Below are positions 27,073 through 40,886 of a stretch of DNA of 64,000 bases, piece by piece (the first letter of the stretch is position 1; each line of letters opens with the position of its first letter). A program made the position numbers and the translations under genes. The notes under the pieces were generated by a model that saw only the letters and a program-made list of their open reading frames with translations, ran no database searches and was not told the DNA's origin. This DNA is from Octopus sinensis. Its lineage: Eukaryota. The stretch lies in NCBI RefSeq assembly GCF_006345805.1, contig NC_042997.1, positions 146,444,001 to 146,508,000 on the forward strand. Reading direction: 5' to 3'.

Positions 27073-27135
27073 GGATGGATGGATGGATGGAAATAGATGG
27101 AGGAAAATAAATGGATGGATGGATAGATAGATAAA
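26742..27135. repeat. Compound (AGAT)n/(GGAT)n array
   Basis: Direct reading; source of the IYLS-repeat ORFs. Confidence 0.95.
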
Positions 27136-28244
27136 TAGAGAGAGAGAGAGTGAGAGAGAGCATTTGTTTATACACACGCACACGCATATATATAAGAAAG
27201 AAAGGAAGGAAGACAAGCAGGCATGGATAGATAGATAGAGAGAGAGAGAGAGGGAGAGAGAAAGTGATAGATAAGAAGGTGATGACTGCGTAGAGGAGTA
27301 GCATGAAGTGAAGATGACCAGGTGGTGGGTGGTAAGAGTTCATGTTATTAGTGACGTTGGTTCGCGCGCGTGTGTATGTGTGTCTATGTGTGTGTGTGTT
27401 TAAACGCTAAACTCTAATATAAACTAACAATCAACGACTGATATATTTACCTACCATTCATTCTTCACGCCGCGTCTGGCCTCCGTCTATCTCCACCCCT
27501 ACCTACCTACCTACTGTTGTTGCTATTGTGTGGTGCCGGTGGTCGCGGGCCAGTAATATCTGTTAATAATTGACTGTATGTCTCTTCATGGAACACCAAC
27601 ACACCAACACACCAACACTACCACTACGACTGCCTCGGCCGTCATCGTCGTCACCAATCACCCCCACTCTCTCTCTCTCTCTCTCTCTCTCATTCTCTGT
27701 GTTTCAAATAATGAACTGTGGACAAGGTAAACACTTGGTGTGCGAATAAGTTTTCATTGATGTCGGGGTGGATTATAGTCGAGTAGATTTAAACAAGATA
27801 AAATGAGGGAACTTGAAGAAGACCTGTTAGTATACCTGTTGTTATTGGGAGATTGGCATAATGATCTTTGTTTAATTTCTCACTCTCTCTGTCTGTCTGT
27901 CTCTCTCTCTCTCCTTCTCCCTCTCTTTGGTTTATTCGTGTCTGTGTTTTTATTTTATTTGTTTGTGTTCGGAGGGGGAGTCGGTTGGATAGGGGAGTTG
28001 GGTCAATCATAAGACTCACTCCCCGCCTTCTTATGTCTGCTGCTTTCCTAAAATAACACACACTCACACACACACACACACACGCACACACACACACATA
28101 CATACACACGCACACACGCACCCACAGATGTAAAGGTAATTATATAAGTGTGAATGTATGCACATATGTGTATGTGTGTTTGGGTGTGCGTGCGTGTGTA
28201 TGTGCGCGTGTGTGTGCACACAACATACATATACCTATACATAC

Positions 28245-28275
<31 letters not shown>

Positions 28276-28417
28276 TGTATGTATGTATACATACACACGT
28301 AGAGAGACAGATAGACAGGCAGACTGACAGACAGATAAATAGATAGAGAGAGAGAGAAAGAGAAAGACAGAGAGATGGATGGATGGGTGGATGGATGGAT
28401 AGACAGATAGATGGATG

Positions 28418-28492
<75 letters not shown>

Positions 28493-28684
28493 GCATAATT
28501 TGTGTTTGTAAGTAGTTACTTAACTTTTACTGGTTTCAGCCGAATGCAGCGGTCAAGCTGGTTTACCGCCTTTAGACGTATGTATGTATTTTCTGCATTG
28601 GGAAACTTAGCCCTTCACTAATATTGCAAAAGCTAGCACCATTGGCACCTCCATGAGAAATAGCAATGAGAACACTAACAATGA

Positions 28685-28890
28685 TTTCAAATTTTTGTCA
28701 CAAGGGCAGCTTGGGACAGGGGATTAAGTCGATTACATCGACCCCAATGTTTCACTGGTACTTAATTTATCGACTCCGAAAGGATGAAAGGCAAAGTCGA
28801 CCTCGGTGGAATTTGAACTCAATGTATCGACGGCCGGAAATACCGCTAAGCGTTCTGTCCAGCGTGCCAACGATTACGATTCTACCAGCA
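28685..28890 (-). mobile_element. SINE family A copy
   Basis: GGATGAAAGGCAAAGTCGACCTCGGTGGAATTTGAACTC in reverse orientation. Confidence 0.85.
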
Positions 28891-28900
28891 CGCCACATTC

Positions 28901-28948
<48 letters not shown>

Positions 28949-28959
28949 TAATAATAATA

Positions 28960-28991
<32 letters not shown>

Positions 28992-29263
28992 TAACAATAA
29001 AAATAATAAATAATAATAACAGTAAACTGACTGGTATCAGAGCCTTATAATAACAATAAACTTACTGGTATGACTGCTATGGTTGTTTGACCTCATAGAA
29101 ACAACAGCCTAGTTACTACATACCACACGTTTAATAAACCCGTACAAATCCCTTAAATGATGGAATGGTCAAAGCTGAGATGACATTTGATGATGGGGCT
29201 CTTCGATCAGGCTGACTATGTACCTGAATACAGCAACTACAACCACCAATAAAATTGATTAAA

Positions 29264-29264
<1 letters not shown>

Positions 29265-29295
<31 letters not shown>

Positions 29296-29302
29296 CCACC
29301 AC

Positions 29303-29349
<47 letters not shown>

Positions 29350-29355
29350 CCACCA

Positions 29356-29393
<38 letters not shown>

Positions 29394-29397
29394 CCAC

Positions 29398-29450
<53 letters not shown>

Positions 29451-29470
29451 CCATTCATCATCTTCATCAT
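29265..29470. repeat. (CAT)n/(CAC)n microsatellite
   Basis: Direct reading; source of the poly-H, D and M ORFs. Confidence 0.95.
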
Positions 29471-30648
29471 CACTATCGATTTCGTGATAATTAAATGATG
29501 ATCCCATCATAGTTTATTCCTCTCTCTCTCATAATATAACCACTGTCATTAGTACTACAAAAACTACCTCTACCACCAGCATCAAACCACCACCGACACC
29601 ATCCCCCCACCAACACCACCACCACTGCTGCTGATGCGGTGCTGGTGTTGTTACTACTACTACTACTACTACTACTACTACCGCAATCACCATCAATATT
29701 ACTATGTCCATCACAAATGACTATATTGACATGAGATATATGCTGACATTATACCACCATCACCCTCAACAGAAAGACCACATGCTCCACCACCAGTACC
29801 CTTATACCCCACCACAACTCCAAAAGCACCAACAACAACAACAGTTACAGCAGCAATGAACTGCGACTACCATTACAAAAACAACAGTATAATTATTGTT
29901 ATTCCAGTACTGTGATGTGCCAGAACAAACAAGTCTCTAGAGTTAATAATGCTAATGACGTCAGACATATTGTCTGAATGAGATTAATAATTCTATATGT
30001 CTGGATAAGAGATATGGAAGCATCCGAGAGGTCTGGGAAGGCTGTGAGCCTCTCAAAAGATAATCCCTTAGACAAATGTACCGCTATCAGTGTTGTTGTT
30101 TATCTAGCTGACCTGTGGTCAATAATACTATTTCAGCGATAATCATCCCGTTTGGGGTTTTAAGGCGGCAAGTTGGCAGAGTCATTAACAGCGTTGGATG
30201 ATATGCCTCGGGGTATCAGTTTCGATTCGAGACGTTCTTTATTTCAAACTTTTATTTTCATCTTCCGGCGTCAATGAAAGAAGAAACCAAAACCGAATAG
30301 GTGGATTGATGGAACAGTCAAAGTATCGGACGTGGTGTGATGTTTTTCAAAATCTGTTCCAGGCCTTTCTTGGTCAAGACTCATTTTGCGTCTTTTCTTG
30401 GCCTAGTCTCAGTCTTTGGGTATTGTAGACAATATCTGTATGTATGTATGTATGTATGTATGTATGTATAGGCGCAGGAATGGCTGTGTGTGGATTCCCA
30501 ACCACACAGTTCTGGGTTCATCCCACTGCGTAGAAACTTTTGCAGGTAGAAATTTTGATAGACAGAAACTGAAAGAATGGAAGAAACCCGTCGTATATGT
30601 GTGTGTGTGTGTACGTGTGTGTGTGTTTTAAGGCGGCAAGTTTATCTG

Positions 30649-30767
<119 letters not shown>

Positions 30768-31664
30768 GCATATACGTATAGGTATGTAAGTAAGTACATA
30801 TGTATGCATTAAGTATCTATATATGTACGTATATATGTAAGTATGTGTATATGAATATATGCTTGTATGTATTTATACATACATGCATATATATTTCCAG
30901 TCCTTTGCATTCTGAAAGCAGAGTCTACGAGGAGACAGATGCCGAGCCATGTCGGCTCTGGCGGTCTTTCACTCGAACAAAATGGGTGGCAGGTAGAGGA
31001 GAGACTTCATGATTGAATATTTGCCAGTCTTCCACAAAAAGAAAAATACATTTCTCAAGTTTACACTTGCGGAGACCAAGACCCGAACAAGTAATGACAC
31101 AGACTGACACGAGACTAAGAAGAGACAGGGAATGTGACCAGACCAAGACTAGAAATAGATCGAAACCGGACCAAGAAAAGAGAGAGAGACCAGAGACCAA
31201 AATATAAAAAAAAAGAAGACAGTGGATGTTGTGTTGGAACACAAAATGCTGTGTTATTTGCCACGAGGGAAACATCACATATGGACTTGTAGTGCAAGGA
31301 AGAGAAAGACGAGGACGGAGAGAAAGATAAAGAGAGGGGGTGACGAGCAGGAGAGGAGGGGAAAGAAAGGAGGAGGGGAGAAGAGGAACGTTAGGAGGAG
31401 TAAAGAAGCAGAAGAAGAAGAACAACAACAACAACAACAACAACAGCAACAGCAACAACAGCAACAACAACAGGAAAAGAATTGACCTTAGTACTGAGCT
31501 AGTAGTCTATTTATGAAGCTGAGAAAGGATGAAATGGAAATGAACTTCGGCAGGATTTGAAATGTAAAAGTTAGAATGAATCTTCTCTAATGAGTCCATG
31601 AAATCACTGTGTGTCTTAAATACGCTTTAAATGGTATCTCAGGGACATATAAATTATATCTGAT

Positions 31665-31720
<56 letters not shown>

Positions 31721-31782
31721 CACACACACACACATACATACACACAAACATACATGCACACACACATACATACATACATACA

Positions 31783-31816
<34 letters not shown>

Positions 31817-31996
31817 CATATGGTCTTGAGCACTTCCACAAAACATCTAAAACTACATTATCAATACTACCTCTTCCTGATATCTGGAATATGTGAATTT
31901 AGAGAAATTAGACTGCTAATTATGATGGATCGAGCGACATCGTTGAGACTCATTCATTTGTCTTTTGAGAAATAGAGGTTATATATTCCTTCCTAC

Positions 31997-32204
31997 TCTA
32001 GTCACAAGGCTCGAAATTTTTGGAGGGGAGGGAGGGCCAGTCGATTAGATCGACCCCAGTACGCAGCCGGTACTTAATTTATCGACCCCGAAAAGATGAA
32101 AGGCAAAGTCGACCTCGGCAGAATTTGAACTTAGAACATAAACACAGACGAAATATCGGTAAGCATTTCGCCCGGCGTGCTAACGATTCTGCCAGCTCGC
32201 TGCC
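31997..32204 (-). mobile_element. SINE family A, full monomer
   Basis: Complete reverse complement from head to 3' end. Confidence 0.9.
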
Positions 32205-32529
32205 TTAGAGAGTTTATATATTATGTGTGCGCACGAGTGGGTATTTGTTTTCATTGCGTAGCCATTTGTTCGTCATCAACGATTTTGTAATTTTAATTTG
32301 ATTCATCAATCACATATACCTGTACATCAGGATAGCCTGTTACATCCAGTAAATTTATAATCTCCGCCGTGTTCCAGTTTCGCTTAACCTATGTAACAAT
32401 CACTGTATATTTTATCGGAACGGCTATTTGAAGTTGCTAAAAAGTTGCATATTTCCAGAGAAAACCCTAACCAGGGCACAGAAAACAATACATTTTAGAA
32501 TGTTTTTTTTTTTTTCATAGTTCAGTGGA

Positions 32530-32925
32530 TTACGCCGAGCAAAATGATTAACGGCATTTCGTTCGTCTTCACGTTCTGGGTTCAAATTCCGCTGAGGTCG
32601 ATCTCGTCTTTCATCCTATCAGACTCAATAAAACAAGTACCAATCGAGTAATGGAATCGATGTAATTAACTTACCCCCTCCCCAGAACTTCTTGGCCTTG
32701 TGCGAAAATTTGAAAGTAGTGTTTCAGCGGATTACGACGGACAAAATGCTTAGCAGCATTTAGTCCGTCTTTACGTTCTGAGCTCAAATTCTGCCGAGGT
32801 CGACTCTGCCTTTCATCCCTTTGGGGTTGATAAATTAAGTACCAGTTAAGCATTGGGGGGGTGATGTAATTGACTTGTCCCACTCACCTCAATTTGCTGG
32901 TCTTGTACCAAAATTTGAAATCAAT
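32530..32925 (+). mobile_element. Two tandem SINE family A copies
   Basis: Two (G/C)TCAAATT...GAGGTCGA...TTTCATCC units, each ending TTGT(G/A)C..AAATTTGAAA. Confidence 0.8.
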
Positions 32926-33101
32926 ATTTCAGCAGATTAACACAGTAACTCTCAAACCGCAATCCACAAAAAAATAATAGGGAAAATTTATTCCCTACTC
33001 CTTCATTATGAACGAGAAGACCAAATAGAGTTTGTATCTATTCCTATAAAATTCTTCTCTCTTCACCATGGTATTGAACACATTTAAAAAATGTTCAACT
33101 C

Positions 33102-33266
33102 AGCTGTGTGGTAAGTAGCTTGCTTACCAACCACATGGTTCTCGGTTCTGTCCCACTGCGTGGCACGTTGGGCAAGTGTCTTCTGCTATAGCCTCGGGTC
33201 GACCAAAGCCTTATGAGTGGATTTGGTAGATGGAAACTGAAAGAATCCCGTCGTATATATGTGTGT

Positions 33267-33328
<62 letters not shown>

Positions 33329-33533
33329 TGTGTCTGTTTGTTCCCCCACCATCGCTTGACAACCGATTTTGGTGTGTCTACGTACCCGTAACTTAGCGGT
33401 TCGGCAAACGGGACCGGTAGAATAAGTACTAGGTTTACAAGGAATAAGTCCTGGGGTAGATTTGTTCGAGTAAAGGCGGTGATCGAGCATGATCGCAGCC
33501 AAATGACTGAAACAAATAAAAGAATAAAAGAAT
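33102..33533 (+). mobile_element. SINE family B, full length with expanded internal (TG)n
   Basis: Head GCTGTGTGGTAAGTAGCTTGCTTACC, TTGGGCAAGTGTC centre, 3' GACTGAAACAAATAAAAGAATAAAAGAA. Confidence 0.9.
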
Positions 33534-34221
33534 ATTATAATTTTACTAAACAGAGTAGTTTTTTTTTACCCCGTTTCATTATCCACACCCCTCCACTTCT
33601 CTTATAAACAATAGATAAGCAGAAAGCACTCATTTGCAGAATCGGTAGAACATCTGACAGAATGATTTGTGTTATTTGATTAGATCCTTTATCGCTGTGA
33701 GTTCTGGTCCAACCTGTTGGGGTTCGCTTTGACTTTTCATTCTCCTACAGTCGATAACATAAAAGAATAGTTTAATAATGGTGTCAATTCATTCGATTCC
33801 CTCCCCCAAAAATGTATGCCCTTGTGCCAATGTTAGAAATCAAATTTTGAATAAGAATAAATATGCCTAACGTTCTTTTTGTTTTGTTTTGCCGACCATT
33901 TGTTTTAGGATCTTTTGTTGTTGATTTAATCCACCAACCGGTTGGGTACCACTAAATGTCCCTTACTTACTTCTAACTGAATTTCCTCTCTAGTAAACAT
34001 TACGTAGATGTACGTGTGTGTATATGTGCGTTTATGTGTCTGTGGGCACACGTGGAATGTCTGTATATGCAATTAAACACACACACACATATCCAAGTTA
34101 ATGTATAACTTCCTCCCACCATTGTTGTAGGACCTTAAAAATAAGGATCAAGTATGCTATCCTTTCTTCCCTGGATAACCTATGAAAAATCTATGTGAGT
34201 AGAACTGTAAAATAAGTTTCA

Positions 34222-34594
34222 GTTTTGGCACAAGGACAGTAATTTATGAGGAGGGATTCAGTCGATTACATCGACCCCAGTGTCCAACTAGTACTTAATT
34301 TATCGACCTCTAAAGGATAAAAGGCGGAATTTGAGCTCAGAACACAAAGACAGACGAAATACCTATTTCTTTACTACCCACAAGGGGCTAAACACAGAGG
34401 GGACAAATAAGGACAGACAAACGAATTAAGTCGATTACATCGACCCCAGTGCGTAACTTGTACTTTATTTATCGATCCCGAAAGATGAAAGGCAAAGTCG
34501 ACCTCGGCAGAATTTTAACTCAGAACGTAGCGACAGACGAAATACCACTAAGCTTTTTGCCCGGTGTGCTAACGTTTCTGCCAGTTCGCCGTCC
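34222..34594 (-). mobile_element. SINE family A dimer
   Basis: Two units joined at GACGAAATAC|CTATTTCTTT. Confidence 0.85.
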
Positions 34595-34604
34595 TAGTTA
34601 ATTA

Positions 34605-34762
34605 GGAATTTATTCAAGATATTCCCCTCTAAGATTCACACACATATTGCAGCGGTCCTTCAGTTTTTCTAAGCTCTGTAAAAAAACACTCGAAAGGTTA
34701 GGCCGCCAACCAGGCCTTTCGCGACAACCTTAAAGCCAAGAACTTTTCAGCATGCTCTCGTA
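34605..34762. mobile_element. MITE family M1, one end missing
   Basis: Homologous to 11577-11798; retains the AAAGCCAAGAACTTTTCAGCA...CTCGTA terminus. Confidence 0.8.
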
Positions 34763-36339
34763 TATACTTAAAATATGAACAAAATTCTTCCGATTGATCT
34801 GCAAACATTATCTACCTCTGCAATAAACATGTCAATAGCCAAAAGAGATAGATTATTTTCCTATCTTTCATTTTTAAATATTGATTTCTTGTTTTCGCAT
34901 TGGCATAGGGCCACAGGGTTTAGAGCAAAAGGACATCCCAATGTCTAGCTAAAGCTTATGAGGTCATTGACGTGTGTATATTTTATGTTTGTTTTGACTG
35001 GAACAGAGGAGACAGTGAATATTTAGTATGTTGTTATAGTAATTGTTCTGCCGTGTTGTATAAGAATATAGGGAGGTAGGGTTAGAAGTGATATAGCTGG
35101 TGGTGATGATGGTGGAGATGGTTGTCGTGGTGATCCTGGTGGTGGCAGTGGTGGTTGTGGTGGTGGTGTTAGTGATGGTGGCATTGGTGGTGATGATGGT
35201 GTTTGTGTCAGTAGTGATGATGATTGTGGTGATTGGTGGCAGTGGTGGCGGCAACGGTGGCGATGGTGGTGGTGGTGGTGGTGGTTGTGGTGGGGTAAAT
35301 AAATGAAATCGAAATTCAGTATATTAATAACGATATGACATACCAACACTCGGCTGAATTTTTTTTTTAACTGAGAAGAGCAAAAACGGGCGAAACTTTA
35401 TACCCTTAAGGAAGTTGTTATTATTGTTACCCTTATTGTTGGTGTTTACCTTTCGTCATACTGTACCAAACAGACATATGAGCAAGAACATAACAACCAT
35501 AAGCCTCACGGTAGCATTTCGTTTTCCTTAGACATGGTGTCTATAGTAATTAATAATACAATGCGTACAACCATGTATTTAAATACGGAAACGTGAGCTC
35601 TAATTTGAGAGGGATTTCATTGTTATACCTACCAAAATGGGCGAACGTATCGAGAATCCAGTTTTTGTCCGTTTTAAAAATTGCACTAACTATCTGCCTT
35701 TTGTTTTCTGAACTTTCTCCGTACTTATTTAAAATCACGGCATAAATTTTCCTAGCGAATTGCTTGTATCTTATTTATTTCTCGGAATACAGTCATACAC
35801 TATTTTGTTTCAAGATGTATCTTATCAAATCTTTCTTCCAATAAATAATGGTTGGTATCTGATTCATCGCAAAACTTCCAATCCAATATTTCAAAAGATC
35901 AACTCTGTAGATAAAGTTTCAGTCAGAAATTCTCGAAACAGAAAAATCTAATGCATTACAATTGTCGATTGCAACAGCATATGTGTGTGTGATGAAAAGA
36001 AACACACACACACACACGCTCACACATACATACATACATACATACATACATAATACATAGTGGCTGCTTTCTCGTGTACGGGGAAAACCATTGCTAGAAA
36101 GTATCACCTGATCTAAAACGCTTCGATAAATACTAGATGAACCAATCCCCAATTTTTCTGTCCACTGTGAAATGAATGTTGTCGGGGAACAAAATTTCTA
36201 CACCTAAAATTTTATGCTCTTTAGAAAGTGTACTTCATAGACAGACAAACAGATAGGCAGACAGACACATAGACAGACAGATAGAAAGAAAAATAGATAG
36301 ATAGATAGATAGATAGATAGATGGAGAGAGATAGATACA

Positions 36340-36384
<45 letters not shown>

Positions 36385-37070
36385 TGATATAGAGAGGATT
36401 CATTTAGCCATTGATATACATATTTACGTATTTGTGTGTGTGCGCGCGGCGTGATTGTATGTGTGAATATACACAAGTATAGATATGTACATGTACCTAC
36501 GTACACACATACATACATAAGTAGCCAATTATATATATAAGTGTGTGTGTCTCTGTGTATGTGTGTGTATGTGTGTGTGTGTGTGTGTGTATGTGTGTGT
36601 GTGTTCGTATTTCTGTCCCGGTGGTTATATGATTTAGGGTCTAAATTTGAACATATGAATATATTAAGCATTTTAGTAAAATGCTCTAGGTGTATTTGCA
36701 GAAATCCTTTCTACTGGAACCACAAGGCCTCAAATTTTGGGGGAAGGGATTAAGTCGATCACATCGACTCCAGTACGTAACTGGTATTAATTTTATCGAC
36801 CTCGAGATGATGGATCGCAAAGTCGACCTCGGCGGAATTCGATCTCAAATCCTAACGGCGGACGAATACTGCCCGGCGGAAATACCTATTCATAAAGACT
36901 AAGAAAAAAAAGAATTTAAATCAACTGACTTCTGCATCAGCCTATTGTTTGCTCTATATACGTAAAATCAGCCTTGTATTTAATTGCATGTCTGCCTGTC
37001 TATCTATCTGTCTTTCTATGTATGTATGTATGTATGTATGTATGTATGTATTATGTATCTATCTATCTAC

Positions 37071-37151
<81 letters not shown>

Positions 37152-37360
37152 CATCTAGCTACCTACCTAAATGCCTTCCTATCTCTGCAACTAATATGCT
37201 GTATGCTAATACAGTTAGATATCAAAACCTAAAGCAACAACAAAACCGCTATTGTCTCATAATATTCCGAAACTATTGACATCCGAATATATATATATAT
37301 GAATAGATAAATAGAGAGATAGATACACACACGCACACATAAATGTGTGTGTGCATATAT

Positions 37361-37408
<48 letters not shown>

Positions 37409-37412
37409 TATA

Positions 37413-37474
<62 letters not shown>

Positions 37475-37475
<1 letters not shown>

Positions 37476-37672
37476 CATCCAAACAAAAAAACACAAAAAA
37501 ACACAACAACGCGAGGACGTGGAACAAATATAGTATTATTGGACGCTCAGGAAAGAAGGGAAGAAGGAGAGTTTAACGTTTCGAGCAGAGCTCTTCGTCG
37601 GAAACATAGGAGAAGGAAAGATCCAGAGAAGGGAAGACAGAGGAAAAAATTGCCAACGGTACACACGAGGTC
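37475..37672 (-). mobile_element. Penelope-like terminal fragment with minimal hammerhead at 37571-37605
   Basis: GUUU-CCGACGA-A-GAGC(UCU)GCUC-GAAA-CGUU-AAAC; flanked by TA-rich arrays. Confidence 0.7.
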
Positions 37673-37789
37673 ACATATATGTATATATGATGTATGTACA
37701 TATGTATGTATGTATGTATGTAATCACATACACATACACACATACATACACATATACATATTCATACACACACAAGACCGGTAAACTTA

Positions 37790-37943
37790 ATCCTTTCCAG
37801 TCAGTGTGATGTTACATGATACTTCAAGAGTTTATCTTTTGTCAAGCCTCCTCTGGTGGCTGCGCAGGAAAAACAGCCGTTAGACAACGAGGTGTGGCTG
37901 TAAATGGCCTCGCCACTTACAAACACATTATGAACAGTTGTCA

Positions 37944-37944
<1 letters not shown>
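37790..37944 (+). mobile_element. Probable 3' end of a LINE-like element with (AAT)n tail
   Basis: Complex sequence terminating abruptly in a roughly 160-bp (AAT)n run; family not identified. Confidence 0.4.
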
Positions 37945-37989
<45 letters not shown>

Positions 37990-37993
37990 TAAT

Positions 37994-38025
<32 letters not shown>

Positions 38026-38034
38026 ATGATAAGG

Positions 38035-38105
<71 letters not shown>

Positions 38106-38606
38106 TGGAAGTGTTATCATGTACATTGTTTTGTCTTGGTATAAAAGATGGGCTACAGCAAATATTCTGCTCAATACCACAGATTTGCTTGTCAGTTGTT
38201 TGACCATAACCAGTTGAGCATGTCCCTCAGTGGCTGACGATATGTGCATCTCTGATCACGAGCAGAAGTAGTGGGGAAGCATCATAGCCATGTGTTGAGA
38301 GGGATTCTTTGGGGTTTGAATGATCCACCTCTGGAAACATGGGTGGTTCTTTCAACATCCTTAAACAACCCTTATTCAGGGACCTTTTGAGCGGGATGGG
38401 CTACTCAACCTGAAGAAAATTCTAACTGGGCCCACCTGCAAGGTCATGTGCTGTTTATCTTGATATGAGATCACCATGTCGCGCACATATGGTTGTGATG
38501 CATGTGCCTGGTGTACCTTTATCAGACGGGTAGTCATGATGGGTATATTGGGCTTCGTATATTTTACCCCAGTGTCACTTTGATGGCATGCACTGCTCTC
38601 TCACTC
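38106..38606 (+). mobile_element. 5'-truncated LINE-like 3' UTR flanked on both sides by (AAT)n
   Basis: Second copy at 1-107; (AAT)n at 37945-38105 and 38607-38720. Confidence 0.75.
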
Positions 38607-38670
<64 letters not shown>

Positions 38671-38680
38671 AATAATAATA

Positions 38681-38721
<41 letters not shown>

Positions 38722-38932
38722 CACTGATAATGATGATGGTGATAATGATGAATAAATAAATGAAAATCCAAGCAATAAAATATTTTTAAAATATAGAGTG
38801 ATGGAACAAAGCAACAGCGTATAAATGAAATACATATCTATTCACACATACATACACACGCACACACCCCCACACCCCCCACACACACATACACACGCAC
38901 ATATATATATAATGTAAATATCTATATGTATA

Positions 38933-38986
<54 letters not shown>

Positions 38987-39105
38987 AACATATATATGTT
39001 TGTATATATATATACAAACATATATATATGTATATATATATAAATAAATAATGTATATATAATGTATATTTGTAATATGATATGTGACAATTATTCGGTT
39101 GCCAT

Positions 39106-39166
39106 GATAAAACTCCGAGTTTCGGATGTCAGGGCGGAAACCTACACCGGCATTTCTTCAGTTATC
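39106..39166 (-). ncRNA. Type I hammerhead-like motif with intact CUGAAGA/GAAA core and damaged stem II base
   Basis: Stem I GAUAA/UUAUC (5 bp), CUGAAGA, GAAA, stem III ACUC-G-GAGU and triplet GUU. The G10.1-C11.1 pair is lost. Confidence 0.65.
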
Positions 39167-39626
39167 GAAATGTATATAAATGTATATAATATATATAATA
39201 TAATATATATAATATAATATAATATAATATAATATAATATATATATGTGTATATATATATATATAATATATATATATATAAAAAATTAGGAGCTCATAAA
39301 AAGAAGCTAGGAAGATTTGTTTGTGAGTGGGTATATGGGTAATGTAACATGAAACGAAGGTATGACGAGGTGAACATCACATGGATAACAATAGAAGCTG
39401 CGAGGAGGATCCAAAAAGCGATATTAAATAAGTTTTTGTTTTTGTTTTTGTTTTTAAATCATATGGGATATAAATAAATACATAAAGCAGGAACATATCG
39501 GTGGGAGGATAAAAGTTAGCTTAAGGGAGATTGGATAACAATAGATTTTTGCATGCTTGGTTACATTTCTTGGTATATTTGTGATGAAAAATGGTGATTT
39601 ATGTGGCAACGTTAACCACAGTTAAA

Positions 39627-40020
39627 GCGGCGAGCTGGCAGAAACGTTAGCCCGCCGGAAGAAATGCTTAGCAGTATTTCGTCTGCCGTTACGTTCTGAG
39701 TTCAAATTCCGCCGAGGTCGACTTTGCCTTTCATCCTCTCGGGGGTCAATAAATTAAGTACCAGTTACGCACTGGGGTCGATATAATCGACTTAATCCGT
39801 TTGTCTGTCCTTGTTTGTCCTCTGTGTTTAGCCCCTTGTGGGTAGTAAAGAACTAGGCATTTCTTTCGCCTTCATGTTTTGAGTTCAAATACCGCCGGCG
39901 TCAACTTTACCTTTCATCTTTTTGGGATCGATAAAATAAGTACCAGATAAAATGACTACTGAGGTCGATCTAATCGACCCCACCGAAATTGCTGATAATG
40001 TGCCAAAATTTGAAACCAAT
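39627..40020 (+). mobile_element. SINE family A dimer
   Basis: Intact head and first unit, then ...GTGGGTAGTAAAGAACTAG|GCATTTC and a diverged second unit. Confidence 0.85.
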
Positions 40021-40786
40021 GTCATCAAACGAATTATCTGGCGTCAAACTGGCAGTGTCTCTAGTATATCGGATACAACAATTTATCAGATTTTTTCGTA
40101 CAGTCAGCGCTCAAAGTTTAAATCTATCTGTAGTCAACGTTTATTTTTTTTTCTTTTATCATTTTGGGATTGATAAAAATCTATCGATCTAGGGTGGTGG
40201 TTTTGTAAATCCTTAAGAATTGTGTCTTTTTATTTTTTTTTATTTGTTCTGGTCTTTTACGTTCAAAAAACCAGAAAATACAAATTCTGCATTTTAACCT
40301 GAATGGTAAATTTAATACCGCCTTGTACCTTGCGTAGTTTTAGCAGAATCTGATCGTTCGATTAATCTTTGGGTGAATCAATCAATCAGCTAATTTTGTC
40401 GTAGTCCTTTCGTTGCCATTCTCGACCTCATCAATAGCATACCCTCTCTACTCTTTTTTAAAGAGAATATCAAGAAAAATCAAATCCCTTTCCTCCATCT
40501 TCACGCCATATGAATTTTTAATACACATGTATACTATTTCTCTCTCTCTCTCTCTCTCCTCTCTCTCCCTCCCTCTCTCTCTCTCTCTCTCTCTTCATAG
40601 ACGTGAAGTTCTTGTATAAATAGTAATCTGAGAAATAAATTTCGCGAAATTGAGAGAAATGAGCTGTTTAATTGTCCTATATAATCGAGCGAGCTAAATG
40701 CTTGAGACTCGACTATGATTATCGTTTCATCCAGTTTTTTTATTATTATTATTATTATTATTATCATTATTATTATTATTTATAGA

Positions 40787-40886
40787 NNNNNNNNNNNNNN
40801 NNNNNNNNNNNNNNNNNNNNNNNNNNNNNNNNNNNNNNNNNNNNNNNNNNNNNNNNNNNNNNNNNNNNNNNNNNNNNNNNNNNNNN
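40787..40886. other. Assembly gap (100 N)
   Basis: Exactly 100 N followed immediately by GATC. Confidence 0.99.

Noticed and set aside
30901-30991. Possible small plus-strand exon (TTCCAG...CAG|GTAGAG)
   Set aside because: Poor pyrimidine tract, 91 nt, unrecognisable peptides; insufficient support.
32461-32472. Telomeric CCCTAA
   Set aside because: A single hexamer, not an array.
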